From Chiloscyllium plagiosum (lineage: Eukaryota): a stretch of 61,508 bases of DNA. Both the position numbers and the translations under genes were made by a program. The DNA lies in the NCBI RefSeq assembly GCF_004010195.1, contig NC_057719.1, forward strand, positions 12,439,448 through 12,500,955, read 5' to 3'. Below are positions 26,518 to 39,300 of this stretch, piece by piece; positions within the stretch are counted from its first letter, which is position 1, and every line of letters starts with the position of its first letter. The notes beneath the pieces were generated by a model, which saw nothing but the letters and a program-made list of their open reading frames with translations, had not been told where the DNA came from and searched no databases.

Positions 26518-27019
26518 TTAAATTATTAATGTCTACCTGGCAGACTATTCTTGCTCCTCTTTAATACAGCACCATGTAGTCTTTATGACATTCACCTGTG
26601 AGGACAAATACGACTTACGTTTGATGTGATACTTGAAATATGATACCTCCAACAGTGCAGCATTCTACAATGCACAGGCAATGTCAGCATCAAGTCTCTT
26701 GAACGTGATTCGACTCTAGGATTTCTGACTCAAAAGGTGAGGCATGACATTAAAGCATTCTGTAATGTTAAAGAGCAGCACCAAAGTAAGCCATTCAGTC
26801 AATCAATGCGAGCTTTTTCCCAAGGAGCCTGTTAGCTCCATTCACACACATCCACATAATTATTTTAACGTTATTCTCCCCACAATTCTGTAATTTATCA
26901 ATGGTACTGTCTGAAACTATATTCATGTCCAGTAATTAAGACATTAAGTGAAATATTAGTGTAACTTTCCCTAAAATAGAGACAACGCACAAACGCTTCA
27001 TTTCTTGCTGCTCATGCCC

Positions 27020-27125
27020 ACGATTGCGTCAGCGCACACAGACTGTATTATGATTGGCTGGTTGCCCGCTAGGCGGAAGTGGTATTGCGCACTTCCGCCC
27101 TGCAGCGCCATCTTGCCCCGCTGGT
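27020..27125 (+). promoter_or_regulatory. COQ6 core promoter (CCAAT, paired ETS/GABP sites, YY1)
   Basis: ATTGG 27053-27057; GGCGGAAGTG 27072-27081 and its inverse CACTTCCGCC 27090-27099; CGCCATCTTG 27106-27115. Confidence 0.75.
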
Positions 27126-27171
27126 TGGAAGGTGACCGTTGGTCAGTTATGAAGTCCGTGCCTCACGTGCC

Positions 27172-27367
27172 ATGAGTCTGTGGAGAGGAGCGAGGTTGAC
27201 TGGCGGCCTCCGCCCCCAGGGACTGGCCTGGCTCCTGCGGGACGGTGGCTGCGGCAGGAGGGGATGTTCCTCCAAGCAAGAGGAGCAGGAGAGCGGCCCT
27301 CCCGAGTTCTACGATGTGGTTATCTCGGGCGGCGGGATGGTTGGCACCGCTATGGCCTGTGCTCTAG
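27172..27367 (+). CDS. COQ6: COQ6 exon 1
   Basis: gccATGAGT...[14 protein letters not shown]|gtaggc. Confidence 0.9.
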
Positions 27368-30300
27368 GTAGGCCCCAGGGAGGTGGGGGGGACCTCCAGG
27401 TCCCATCCCCGGGGAGGTGGGGGCGGTGTGAAACGTACCATCACAGGAGAAGCCTCTATGCTGGATGGTTTAGATCAGAGTGTGGTGCTGGAAAAGCACA
27501 GCACAGCAGGTCAGGCACCTTCCGAGGAGCAGGAAAATCGACGTTTCGGGCAAAAAAAAAAGGCCCTTCCTCAGGAATGGATGGTACCTCTATGGTGGAT
27601 GGTACTGCGCCTGCCATGACCATGATCCCCATATGGCACACCAGGCTATTGTGTTCACAGCGGGGAGAAAGTGAGGACTGCAGATGCTGGAGATCAGAGC
27701 TGAAAATGTGTCGCTGGAAAAGCGCAGCAGGTCAGGCAGCATCCAAGGAGCAGGAGAATCGGCGTTTCGGGCATGAGCCCTTCTTCAGGAATGTTCAGAA
27801 TTGTGTTCACAGCAGTCACTAATCTCATTCCATCGGGTGATCTCGCCCAATTACCTCCAGACTCGTAATCCTCCCCACCAACCTCATACAGCCCACTTCC
27901 ACCTCCTTCCCAAAACCTACAAACAGAACTGCCTGGGCAAACCCTGCCTGCTCCTGCCCCACCGAACTCATCTCTCCCAATCTCGACTCGATTTTTATTT
28001 CTCCCCTTGTTCTGTCTCTTCCCACTTACTTCTGTGATTCTTGATTAGATTACCTACAGTGTGGAAACAGGCACTTCCACCCAACAAGTCCACACTGACC
28101 CTCCAAAGAGCAACCCACCCAGACCCATTCCCCTACATTTACCCTTTCACCTAACACTATGGGCAGTTTACCTAACCTGCACATTTTTGTGCTGTGGGAG
28201 GAAACCGGAGCACCCGGAGGAAACCCACGCAGACACAGGGAGAATGTGCAAACTCCTCACAGACGGTTGCCTGAGGTCGGAATTGAACCTGGGTCTCTGG
28301 CGCTGTGAGGCAGCAGTGCTAACCACTGTGGCACCCTGAGTTTCCAGGTCGTGGGCTGCTGCCATGAATGTGAAACCCCTTTACTTATCCATTCTCATCA
28401 GGCTGTTTTCTGGAGATAAGGCCTGAACTGTCCCCAGCCACCACCACCACCCTCCTCTGCCTGGCTGAGCTCATCCCCACTTTGAACAGCTTCTGCTTTT
28501 AACTCCTTTACTTCCTTCAACTCAAAGGCATGGCCATAGGTACCCAGATGTGCCCAGTTGTGCCTGTCTCCGTGGGGTACGTGGAGCATTCCTTGTTCCA
28601 AGCCTAGTCTGGCCCTAATCCACAACTCTTTCTCTGGTACATTGGTGATGCTATTGGTGCTGCTTCCCTCTCTTGGCTGGAATTGTAAAAGTTAATAAAT
28701 TTCACATCAATTTTCACTCTGTCCTCACCTTCACCTGGTCCATCTGACCCCTCGCTTCCCTTCCTTGACATCTCTGGTCCCATTTTTGCGGATAGGCTGG
28801 TCGTCAATATCAACTACAAACCCACTGACTCTCAATTACCTTGACTATTTAGGGTGTCGGTTTGCTCACTGAGCTGTAGGTTTGATATCCAGACGTTTCA
28901 TTACCTGGCTAGGTAACATCATCAGTGGCAACCTTCAAGTGAAGCAAAGCTGTTGTCTCCTGCTTTCTATTTACATCTTTCTCCTGGATGGGGTTCCTGG
29001 GGTTTGTGGTGATGTCATTTCCTGTTTGTTTTCTGAGAGGTTGATAGATGGTATCTAGATCTATGTGTTTGTTTATGGTATTGTGGTTGGAGTGCCAGGG
29101 CTCTAGGAATTCTCTGGCATGTCTTTGCTTAGCCTGTCCCAGGATAGATTTTTTGTCCCAGTCGAAATGGTGTTTTTTTTCCTCTGTGTGTAGGGCTACG
29201 AGGGAGAGAGGGGCATGTCTTTTTGTGGCTAGCTGGTGTTCGTGTATCCTAGTGGCTAACTTTCTTCCTGTTTGTCCTATGTAGTGTTTGTGGCACTCCT
29301 TGCATGGAATTTTGTAGATGATGTTGGTCTTGTCCATGGGTTGTACTGGGTCTTTTAAGTTTGTTAGTTTTTGTTTGAGAGTGTTGCTGGGTTTGTGTGC
29401 TACTAGGATTCCGAGGGGCCTTAGTAGTCTGGCTGTCATTTCTGAAACTTCTTTGATGTATGGTAAGGTGGTTAGGGTTTCTGGCTGTGTTTGGTCTGCT
29501 TGTCGTGGTTTGTTCTTGAGGAATCTGCGCACTGTATTTTTTGAGTATCCGTTCTTCTTGAATACATTGTGGTTCTCCTCTGTTTTCCAAAGTTCGTCTG
29601 TGCTGCAGTGTNNNNNNNNNNNNNNNNNNNNNNNNNNNNNNNNNNNNNNNNNNNNNNNNNNNNNNNNNNNNNNNNNNNNNNNNNNNNNNNNNNNNNNNNN
29701 NNNNNNNNNNNNNNNNNNNNNNNNNNNNNNNNNNNNNNNNNNNNNNNNNNNNNNNNNNNNNNNNNNNNNNNNNNNNNNNNNNNNNNNNNNNNNNNNNNNN
29801 CAATGTCATCTACAAAATTCCATGCAAGGACCGCCACAAACACTACGGAGGACAAACAGGAAGAAAGTTAGCCACCAGGATACACGAACACCAGCTAGCC
29901 ATAAAAAGACACGACCCTCTCTCCCTCGTAGCCCTACACACGGAGGAAAAAAACCCACCATTTCGACTGGGACAACACATCTATCCTGGGACAGGCTAAG
30001 CAAAGACATGCCAGAGAATTCCTAGAGGCCTGGCACTCCAACCACAATGCCATAAACAAACACATAGATCTAGATACCATCTATCAACCCCTCAGAAAAT
30101 GAACAGGAAATAACATCACCACAAACCTCAGGAACCCCATCCAGGACAAACATATAAATAGAAAGCAGAAGACAATGGCTTCGCTTCACTTGGAGGTTGC
30201 CACTGATAATGTTACCTCGCCAGGTAATGAAACATCTGGATATCAAACCTACGCCCTAAACCTCAACCTGAGCTACAAACCTTGCAAAATACCTTGACTA

Positions 30301-33300
30301 TACATACTCCTACCCAGCTTTCTAGAAAGACTGTCTTCCATTCTTCAAGTTTCTCTGTCCTGTCTGTTCTGAAGATGCCAACTTTGATGAAAGTCATGAT
30401 TCTGAGATGCCGGTGTTGGACTGGGGTGTACAAAGTTTAAAAATCACACAACACCAGGTTATAGTCCAACAGGTTTAATTGGAAGCACACTAGCTTTCGG
30501 AGCGACGCTTCTTCATCAGGTGAAGGTATAACCTGGTGGTGTGTGATTTTTAACTTTGATGAGGGGGGCCTCTGAAATGTCCACCTTCTTTCCCAACCGA
30601 GGATTTTACACTATTTGTTGACCAGGTCTTCAGTATACAACGTATCTCCTGAACTTTGGCTTTCAACCCTCCCACAACAGCAATAGGGTCTCCCTTGTCC
30701 TCACCAACCATCCCATCAGCATCCACATCCAAAGAATCTTTAGCTGCTATTTCAGCCACTTCCAACAGGGTGTCACCACAAGACACTTAGAGTCATAGAG
30801 CTGTAGAGCATTGAAACAGAACCTGTGGTCCAACTCTTTCATGCTGACAAGATATCCTAAATTAATCTGCTAGCGTTTTGTCCATATCCCCCTAAACCCT
30901 TCCTGTTCATATACCCATTTAGATGTCTTTAAAATGTTGTTGTAATTATACCAACCTTCACTACCACCTCTGGCAGCTCATTCCATACACATACCACCCT
31001 CTGTATGAAAAAGTTGCTCCTTAGGTCTGTTTTAAATTTTTTCCCCTCTCACCGTAAACCTGTGACCACTAATTTTGGACTCCCCTACTCTGGGGAAAAG
31101 ACCTTGGAACTTCACCCTATCCATGCTCTTCATGATTTTACAAACTTCTATAAGGTCACCCCCCAGCCTCTGATGCTCGAGGTAAAATAGCCTCAGCCTA
31201 TTCAGCATCTCCGTATAGCTCAAACCCTCCAAACCTTGTAAATCTTTTCTGAGCTCTTTCGAGTTTCACCATACCCTTTCAAGAGTAGAGCTGAACACAG
31301 TATTCTACAAATGGCCGAACCAGTGTCTTATACAGCCACAACATGACCTTCCAACTTTTATACTCAATGCACTGACCAATATAGGCAACTGTACCGAATG
31401 CCTCCTTTGCTACCCTGTTTACCTGTGACTCTACTCTCAAGGAATTATGAACCTGCGGTCTCTTTGTTCAGCATCATTCCTCTCGATCTTCCCATTAAGT
31501 TCACTTAACCTAGTCTATTCATTGCTCACAAAGCAGCCTCTACATTGGGGGTGCAAAGCGCAGACTGGCAATTGCATAGCAGAACACCTGCAATCTGTGC
31601 GCAAAAATGACCGAGCTTCTGGTTGCCTGCCATTTCAACACAACATGTTACCTGGCCAACAACTTTATCTTGAGCTTGCTGCAGTACTCAGCAAAGCTCA
31701 GCACAGGCTAGAAGAACTGCAACTCATTTTCCATTTGGGAACCTCTGCAGCCTTCTGGACTCAATATTGAGTTCACCAATTTTAGGGTTTGAATACCTTC
31801 TCCTATGTCCTTACTCCTACTCCATACATCAGGCCTTGTCGCCACTTGGGCTATTACCACTAACAACCCATTTTCAGCTGCAAATGGTCCCTATTAGCAG
31901 CAATTCAATCTCTCAGGCTGACCTTTCCCTCATTTATGTTTCATGTTACTCTCTTTTCCCTCCCCCCCCCCCCCGAATGTTTAGCTTAAATACCAACCTT
32001 TTCCTAGCTACAATCAATTCCAGAAGAAAAGTTACTGGACTGAAATGCTAACTCAGTCTTCTCTCAACAGAAGCTGCCTGACCTGAGCTTTTCCAGCAAT
32101 TTCTGATTTTAATTCGGATTTTTTTTGTTTAATGTGCTGAGCCTGAACATTGTAGGTCCAAGCCCCACTCCAGATACCAGGCAGCATCCAAGGAGCAGGA
32201 GAATCGACGTTTCGGGCATAAGCCCTTCTTGCAAAACGTCGATTCTCATGCTTCTTGGATGCTGCCTGACCTGCTGCGCTTTTCCAGCAATACATTTTTC
32301 AGCTCTGATCTCCAGCATCTGCAGTCCTCACTTTCTCCCACTCCAGATATGCCATTCTCGACTGACACTTTATTTATCCTTATCTGCTGTCTCAAACTTT
32401 TTCATTGTTTGGACATTTGAGATTTCCTCTGGCATTTCTATATTGAAATGTTCTCTAAATTTCTTGACGTAACTGAGCTCCTTTAAGCCTACTACCATTT
32501 TAGCGAATCTCTTCTGTATTCTCCCAAGGCCTTGACATCATTCTGGGTACCACACTTTAAGAATGGAATGAAACTCCAGTTGAAGCCACAACAAGTCTCT
32601 TGAGGTTTAGGGTAAATTCCTTGCCTTCAAATGCTGTTTCTCTGTGGCTCAGTTGGAAATACTTCTGTCTCTGAGCCACAATATTGTGGGTTCAATTGAA
32701 GACTGCCACCCTCTAGTGGAGAATCAAGGGAGTGCTACACTGTTGGAATTCCCGAGAGATGTTAAAATGAAACATCATCTGAGTGGATGTAAACAATCTT
32801 ATGGCAGTAATTTGAAGAGTAAGAATGTTCTCCCCCTAATATCCTAGTCAACGTTTACTTTCCATCAGCATAAAAAAAAGTTATCTGGTCACTTGTACTG
32901 CTGTTTGTGCAAATAGGCTGTCTTAATTAATAGGAGAAAGTGAGGACTGCAGATGCTGGAGTACCAGAGTTGAAAAATGTGGTGTTGGAAAAACTCAGCA
33001 GGCCAGGCAGCATCCGAGGAGCAGGAGAATCGACGTTGCGGGCATAAGCCCTTCTTCAGGAATGAAGGGTTTATGCCCGAAACGTCGATTCTCCTGCTTC
33101 TCGGATGCTGTCTGGCCTGCTGTGTTTTTCCAGCACCACATTTTTCAACTCTGTCTTATTTAATATGTTACAACAGTGACTATTCTTCCTAAATGCTTTA
33201 AATGCAAAGCGCTATGGAATATTTTGCAGTTATGAAAGGCACTAGAGAATTGCAAATCTCTTTATAAACTTGTTGTTCATCATGAGACCTTACTATTCCT

Positions 33301-36300
33301 ATATCCTATTTATTATTGTACTATTGAATTTACCTTGCCTCTCCTCATAATTCTCTTCATTGAACGTTTTGCACTGATCTGTCCTCCTGAAAGTTATTCC
33401 TGACCATCTTGCTGTTTAGAGTGTTTCTACATATTTTAACCTCTGCAAACTTTGAAGTTATATCTGATATACATCAAAAAGAGCAGAGGCATTAATGATG
33501 ACCTTGCAATACCTCTGCATATTTGTTTGTAGTCTGCTTTTTAAAAAAAATTACCACTAATCTGCTTTCTGTTTGTAACCATGCTGCTAGCTGCCCATTT
33601 AATCTCATGGATTTTAATTTTGCTCTCAAGTCTATGAATTAAAATGCCTCCTTAACTTTTCTCACCGCTGACCAGTACCTGTGGGTTTAGCCTCTTCCTG
33701 GTTATAAAATACTAATATTTACAATTGGTCTGTCCTCTAATTCCACCCCAAAGTCCAACGAAAATCAGAAGACTTTCAGGAGAGTTTAACAATTTCCACC
33801 TGTGCTACTCTCCAATACATACTTGATTCTTAATCTGCTTCAGCCTTCTTCTGATAATATAATGTCTTTTACAAAGTCAAATGGTGCAAATGCTTTCAAA
33901 TTAAAGAAGTAGTTTTTCGAGTGAGGTCTCCAACTGCCCGGAGTGTAAATGTCATAGCAAGCCTGAACTATGTAACAAAGGAGTCTGGTTCAAAATGTAT
34001 CCTCTTAATTTTCTATTTCTATAATTAGTTGATTTACAGCACTGAAAGAAACAATTTTGTCTTTGGATCCATGGCAGGAACTGTTGTAAAAATGACATGA
34101 TTACTACTTTTAAAAGCAAATGGATTTGGAATTCAGAGGTTATTGGGAGGTAGACGGGGATGTGGAATTTGAAACAAACAGATCAGCCACAATCCTATAA
34201 AATGGTTTTTGCAGGCCTGAGGGGCTTAAAGTTCCACTTTTAACCATTTTGAATGTTCATACGAATGATCTTTAAGCAATGACTGTCTTGTATAATGATA
34301 TCAAATAATATTCAAATTAATATCTATTACAGTATTTTTATTTCTCTGCAGCTTATGATCCAAATCTAACGGAGAAAAAGATCCTGCTTTTGGAGGCTGG
34401 AAATAAGAAAGCAGATGGACAGCTACCAGAATTGTATAGTAACCGAGTGAGCGCACTTACTCCAGGCACTGCAGCATTCCTAAGCCGTAAGTCTCAGTGG
34501 GCCCTTATACTTTTCATTTCAGTTGGCGTTGTACTGCAGTTGTCATTTGTGGCGAGGTAGCATAGCTGCGCTAAAGTTAATCTTTGCTATTGGGCATTGT
34601 GTTTGGCTATTCTTGTGTTACTTGCCTTAAGTGGCTGTAGGATGTACTTCAATATTCTCTCTTGCCAACCTGCTTCTATGGTAGTGCTTCCTCAACTAAT
34701 TTCCAGAATCCATTTTAACTGTTGAAAATTAACTCTACCCCAAACAAAACCCAGTAGAAATAAAACAGCCTAGTTCACTGTATAATTATTAAAGTTCACG
34801 AATTATAGATCAACCTTTAATCATATATGAAAATGTGCTATGAATTAAAAACCTGCTATAAAAATCTCAGGCTGTTAGAGGATGGGCTGCTATCAGTCAT
34901 CACATCCTTATTGTCTGCTATTATCACTGCTCTAGGAAGTCTTTGTATTTAAATACGTATTTATATAGTTGTGTCATAGCACACTTGCTTAGAGCCACTA
35001 CAGCCAATCAAAATGTCCAACCTCAGGAGTTTGTCTTATGGTTGGTTAATTCCCACTGATGGGGCAATACGAGGTCAGTGATTAATGTGATATTTTTATT
35101 CGTTGTGATGCATTTTATTGTTTCTGTCACACCAACTTAGATTGTGACTTGTGGTTTTGGAACCATTCCTCGATACAAAGAGTAAAATGCTCTTTCAGTT
35201 TCTATTTGTGATCGTTGAGGGAAAGGGACAAAGATGCTAAAGGACCATCAGTGCTTGTGCAGTGTGTGCGTGCACAAAAACAAAATACCAAAAAGGGACC
35301 TCTTCCATTATTTCAGCTTTATGTTTGCATCATTTTCCTTCCTAGGTTTGGGAGTTTGGGATCATATATGCAACATGAGATACAAGCCATTCAAGAGAAT
35401 GCAGGTAAAGCTTCAGTGGCATTTTTTATCAATTCATTTTCTCAATTTAGTTTTGTTCAGTTTCCAATACTGATCGAGAGTTTGGCCATTGAGGTGCAGA
35501 CTTACAAAGGGCATAGGCTCATGGTTTAACCTCTGGCCTGTGAGAAGTGTTGGTGAGTTATCACACAGTCTAGCTTGTTGATGGCACACTTTGCTGCCCC
35601 AGTGTGCATATGGCAATGGGATTGCCAGTCAAGTGAGCTGCTTTGTTTTGGACAGTGTTGTGCTTCTTCCGTGTTTTTGCAGCTGCTTTCATCCAAACAA
35701 CTGGAAAGTATTCCATCATCATCCTGACTTGAGCCTTATGGCATTCAGGAGGAAAGTACTTATTGCATAATTCCTGCCCATGAAGCCATGGTAATCCTCC
35801 TGGTGTTGGTGTTAGGCAATGTCAGTGCCTGTGAAGAGACCGGGAATTTTAGTCATGTGAGTGTGGTGTTGGAAAAGCACAGCAGTCAGGCAGCATCCGA
35901 GGAGCGGGAAAATCGACAGTTCAGGCAAAAGCCATTCATCACCACATTCTCTCGACTCTAACCTCCAGCATCTGCAGTTCTCACTTTTGCCTGGAGAATT
36001 TTAGGCTAATACTGGCAGTATTGCAATTACTCTGGCTTCCTCATGATACTTTGATTAGGTATCACTGGTTAAAGAACCCTCTATGGACTTTCTGGCTAGA
36101 GTTCGAGGGAAGTACTATCTTTGAAGCAGCAATGACCTCCTATCCATCGTTAGGTTCAAAATGTAGATGATTGCCACTGATTGGTCTGTACTGATTGCAA
36201 CTCTTCTGAGACTGAAACTGTTTATGCTCACATGCAACTAGATTTAGACAAGATTCAGTCTTGGCTGATAAGTGGCTGGAAACATTCATACCACAGAAAT

Positions 36301-39300
36301 GCCAGGAAACAATTTTCTCCCCTTGATGTTAAATGATATTACCATTGCTGAATCCCCCACTAATTCAGGGGTTACTATCAGCCAGATGCTTAACAAGACT
36401 AGACGCACGCATGCGCTGTGGCTGTAAGAGCAGTATTTCTGATAAGTGACCTTACACCAAACTTCCTAAAGCCTTTCTGTCTAAAAGGCAAGAGTCAGGG
36501 ATGTAAATGAATATTGTCCACTTGTCTAAATGAGTACAGCACCAACAAGACTCCAGCTGAATGCTATCCAGGGCAAAGCAGCCCATTTGACTGGCAATCT
36601 ATCTACTACCTTCAATATTCACTCCTTCCATCAACAATATAAGGTGGCAGCAGTATTTACATGTTGCGCTGCAACACCTCACTATGATTCATCCTGATAG
36701 CACTTTCCAAACTCTTGACCTCTATATTTAGAAGAGTGAGACAGCAGATACATGGGCATGCCACTGAGCAAATTTACTTCCCAAATTTCTTCATGTTCTG
36801 ACTTTGAACTACATCACTGCTGGGCCAAAATCCTGGAGCTCCCTTGCGAACAGCTCTTGGTGTACCTGCACCAAATAGAACATTACAGTGCAGTACAGGC
36901 CCTTTGGCCTTTGATGTTGCACCGATCTTTGAAACCAACCTGAAGCCCATCTATCCTACACTATTCCATTATCATCCATATGTTTATCCAATGATCATTT
37001 AGATGCCCTTAAAGTTGGTGAGTCTACTACTATTGCAGGCAGGGTATCCATGCCCTTACTACTGAGTAAAGAACCTATCTCTGACATCTATCCTATATCT
37101 ATCACCCCTCAATTTAAAGCTATGTCCCCTTGTGCTACCCATCACCATCCAAGGAAAAAGGTTCTCACTGTCCACCCTATCTCATCCTCTTATCATCTTG
37201 CATGTCTCTATTAAGTAACCTCTCAACCTTCTCTAACGAAAACAGCTTCTAGTCCCTCAGCCTTTCCTCATACGACATTCCCACCATAATAGGCAACATC
37301 CTGGTAAATCTCCTCTGCACCCTTTCCAATGCTTCCACATCCTTCCTATAATGTGGCAATCAGAACTGTACACATTGCTCCAAGTGTGGTCGCACCAGAG
37401 TTTTATACAGCTGTAACATGCACTCATGGCTCTTATACGCAATGCCTTTACTAATAAAAGCTAACACACCATGCATCATCTTAACAACCCTATCAACCTG
37501 GGTGGCAACTTTCAGGGGTCTATGCACATGGACATCGAGATCTCTCTGCTCATCCACACAATCAAGAATCTTACCATTAGCTCAGTACTCTGTATTCCTG
37601 TTACTCATTCCAAAGTGAATCACTTCACACTTTTCTGCATTAAACTCCATTTTTCACCTCTCAGCCCAGCTCTGCAGCTTATCTATGTTCCTTTGTAACC
37701 TGCAGCATCCTTCTGCACTGTCTACAGCTCCACTGACCTGAGTGGCATCCGCAAACTTACTAACCCATCATTCTACACCCTCATTCAAGTCATTTATAAA
37801 AATGACAAACAGCAGTGGCCCCAAACCAATCCTTGCAGTACACCACTAGCAACTGAACTCCAGGATTAACATTTCCTATCAACTCACCACCTTCTGTTTT
37901 CTTACAACTGTAGCCACATTCAAGAAATGGACTGAAGCCTTTCAAGAAAGCAGCTTGCCACCATCTTAACAAGAATATGGAAGATACATGCTGCCTTGCT
38001 AGCAATGTCCACATTCATGAATGAATAAAATAAAATGTTGGGATTAGGATCAGCTGTTTAGTATTACCTGATTTTGGCTTTGGGAATGAGCCACTTTTAA
38101 TTGGCCTGAGCAACCCTGAACAAGAGATTGGATAAACGAATGATAAACCATTGCTACTGTCACTGTACTGTGCCTTGATGATGGACGTCCCCAGCACACA
38201 CAGTCCAGCTCAGCAGTAATAAATTGCTTTATCTCTAACATCTACCATCCAGGCTGAAGTGAAGAGTAAACAGTTGAATGAGGTTTTGCTGTCTGTAGAA
38301 CTGTAAAATTTGGGACTTCAGAAGATGATTGTTAATATGAGAAATGAAAGAAAGGACAGTATAGTTGGCATTTCCAAGTGATTGAACAAATCCTCCTTGT
38401 TTGATCTCATCACCTAACTTGGTATGCTAAAGGAAGAAAATAGAAAATTGGTAAGGCAAAATGGAGACTTGATCAAGGTTTTATAAGTTGTAAAGTGATT
38501 TATTGGTAAAGGTAGGAATCCTTTCTGGTTACTTATGAACTGGGAGTAAAATGAAGTAATCCTAAGATGAATGCAAGCCGATCATCATTTTTCAGTAACT
38601 ACCTTACCCCCCTCGTACACAGTGTCATTAAGTTTCAAGCATTTGTGAGAGGAAAAAGATATGTTTTAATTCCTCAAATGGTTCAGGAAGATGGGGCAAG
38701 CCATGAGAACAGATCTATAGAATGACCAAATTGACAGGCTGGGCTGAACAAACTGGTATTCCTGGATCCTTTCTCGAATGGTTAGCTTCTACCATGTTCT
38801 GTTGCATAAGCGAGAATGAACTGTGACTCTAAACTTCACTTGTTTTCTACTCAGGTTTGGGATGAATGTTCAGATGCAATGATTACATTTGACAAAGCTA
38901 ACCTGTTGGAGGACATTGGCTTCATTGTTGAGAATGACGTGATATTGTCAGCTTTGTCTAAACAACTGACTGCTGCTGGTAGGTGTTGATCTCTCAAAAG
39001 CTACTGAATGCTTTTAAAAACAGGGTGCTGAGGTAATTACAGTGCTATGAAGTATAAGCAATGCATCAAGTGTGATCTTGTAATTTCACTTCCATTTGGA
39101 TTTGTTCACTTTTCTAAAGGTGCTGACTGAGGGTGATTCCCTAAATTTAACCCATCACTTAGTATCTTGCTTTAGCATCTGTCTTTCAGATGAGATATTA
39201 AACTGAGACTCCAGCTGGACTCTTGGAAATGTTAAAAAAAATCACAGCATTGCTTTGACAAAAAGGCAGAGTTAGCACTTTGTAATGGCTATAACAATAG

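Larger units (their letters stand above)
27815..32130 (+). mobile_element. Degenerate long Neptune-like PLE (RT, GIY-YIG, family C terminus) hosting nested insertions
   Basis: [32 protein letters not shown]...(GETK-like)...IAEHL, terminus ~32018-32110. Confidence 0.7.

Noticed and set aside
27368..27822. Extension of COQ6 exon 1 ORF to 227 aa
   Set aside because: Read-through into intron 1 and repeat sequence past the donor at 27368.
28255..28338. tRNA genes at A/B-box sequences
   Set aside because: These are SINE heads without a full cloverleaf or terminator.
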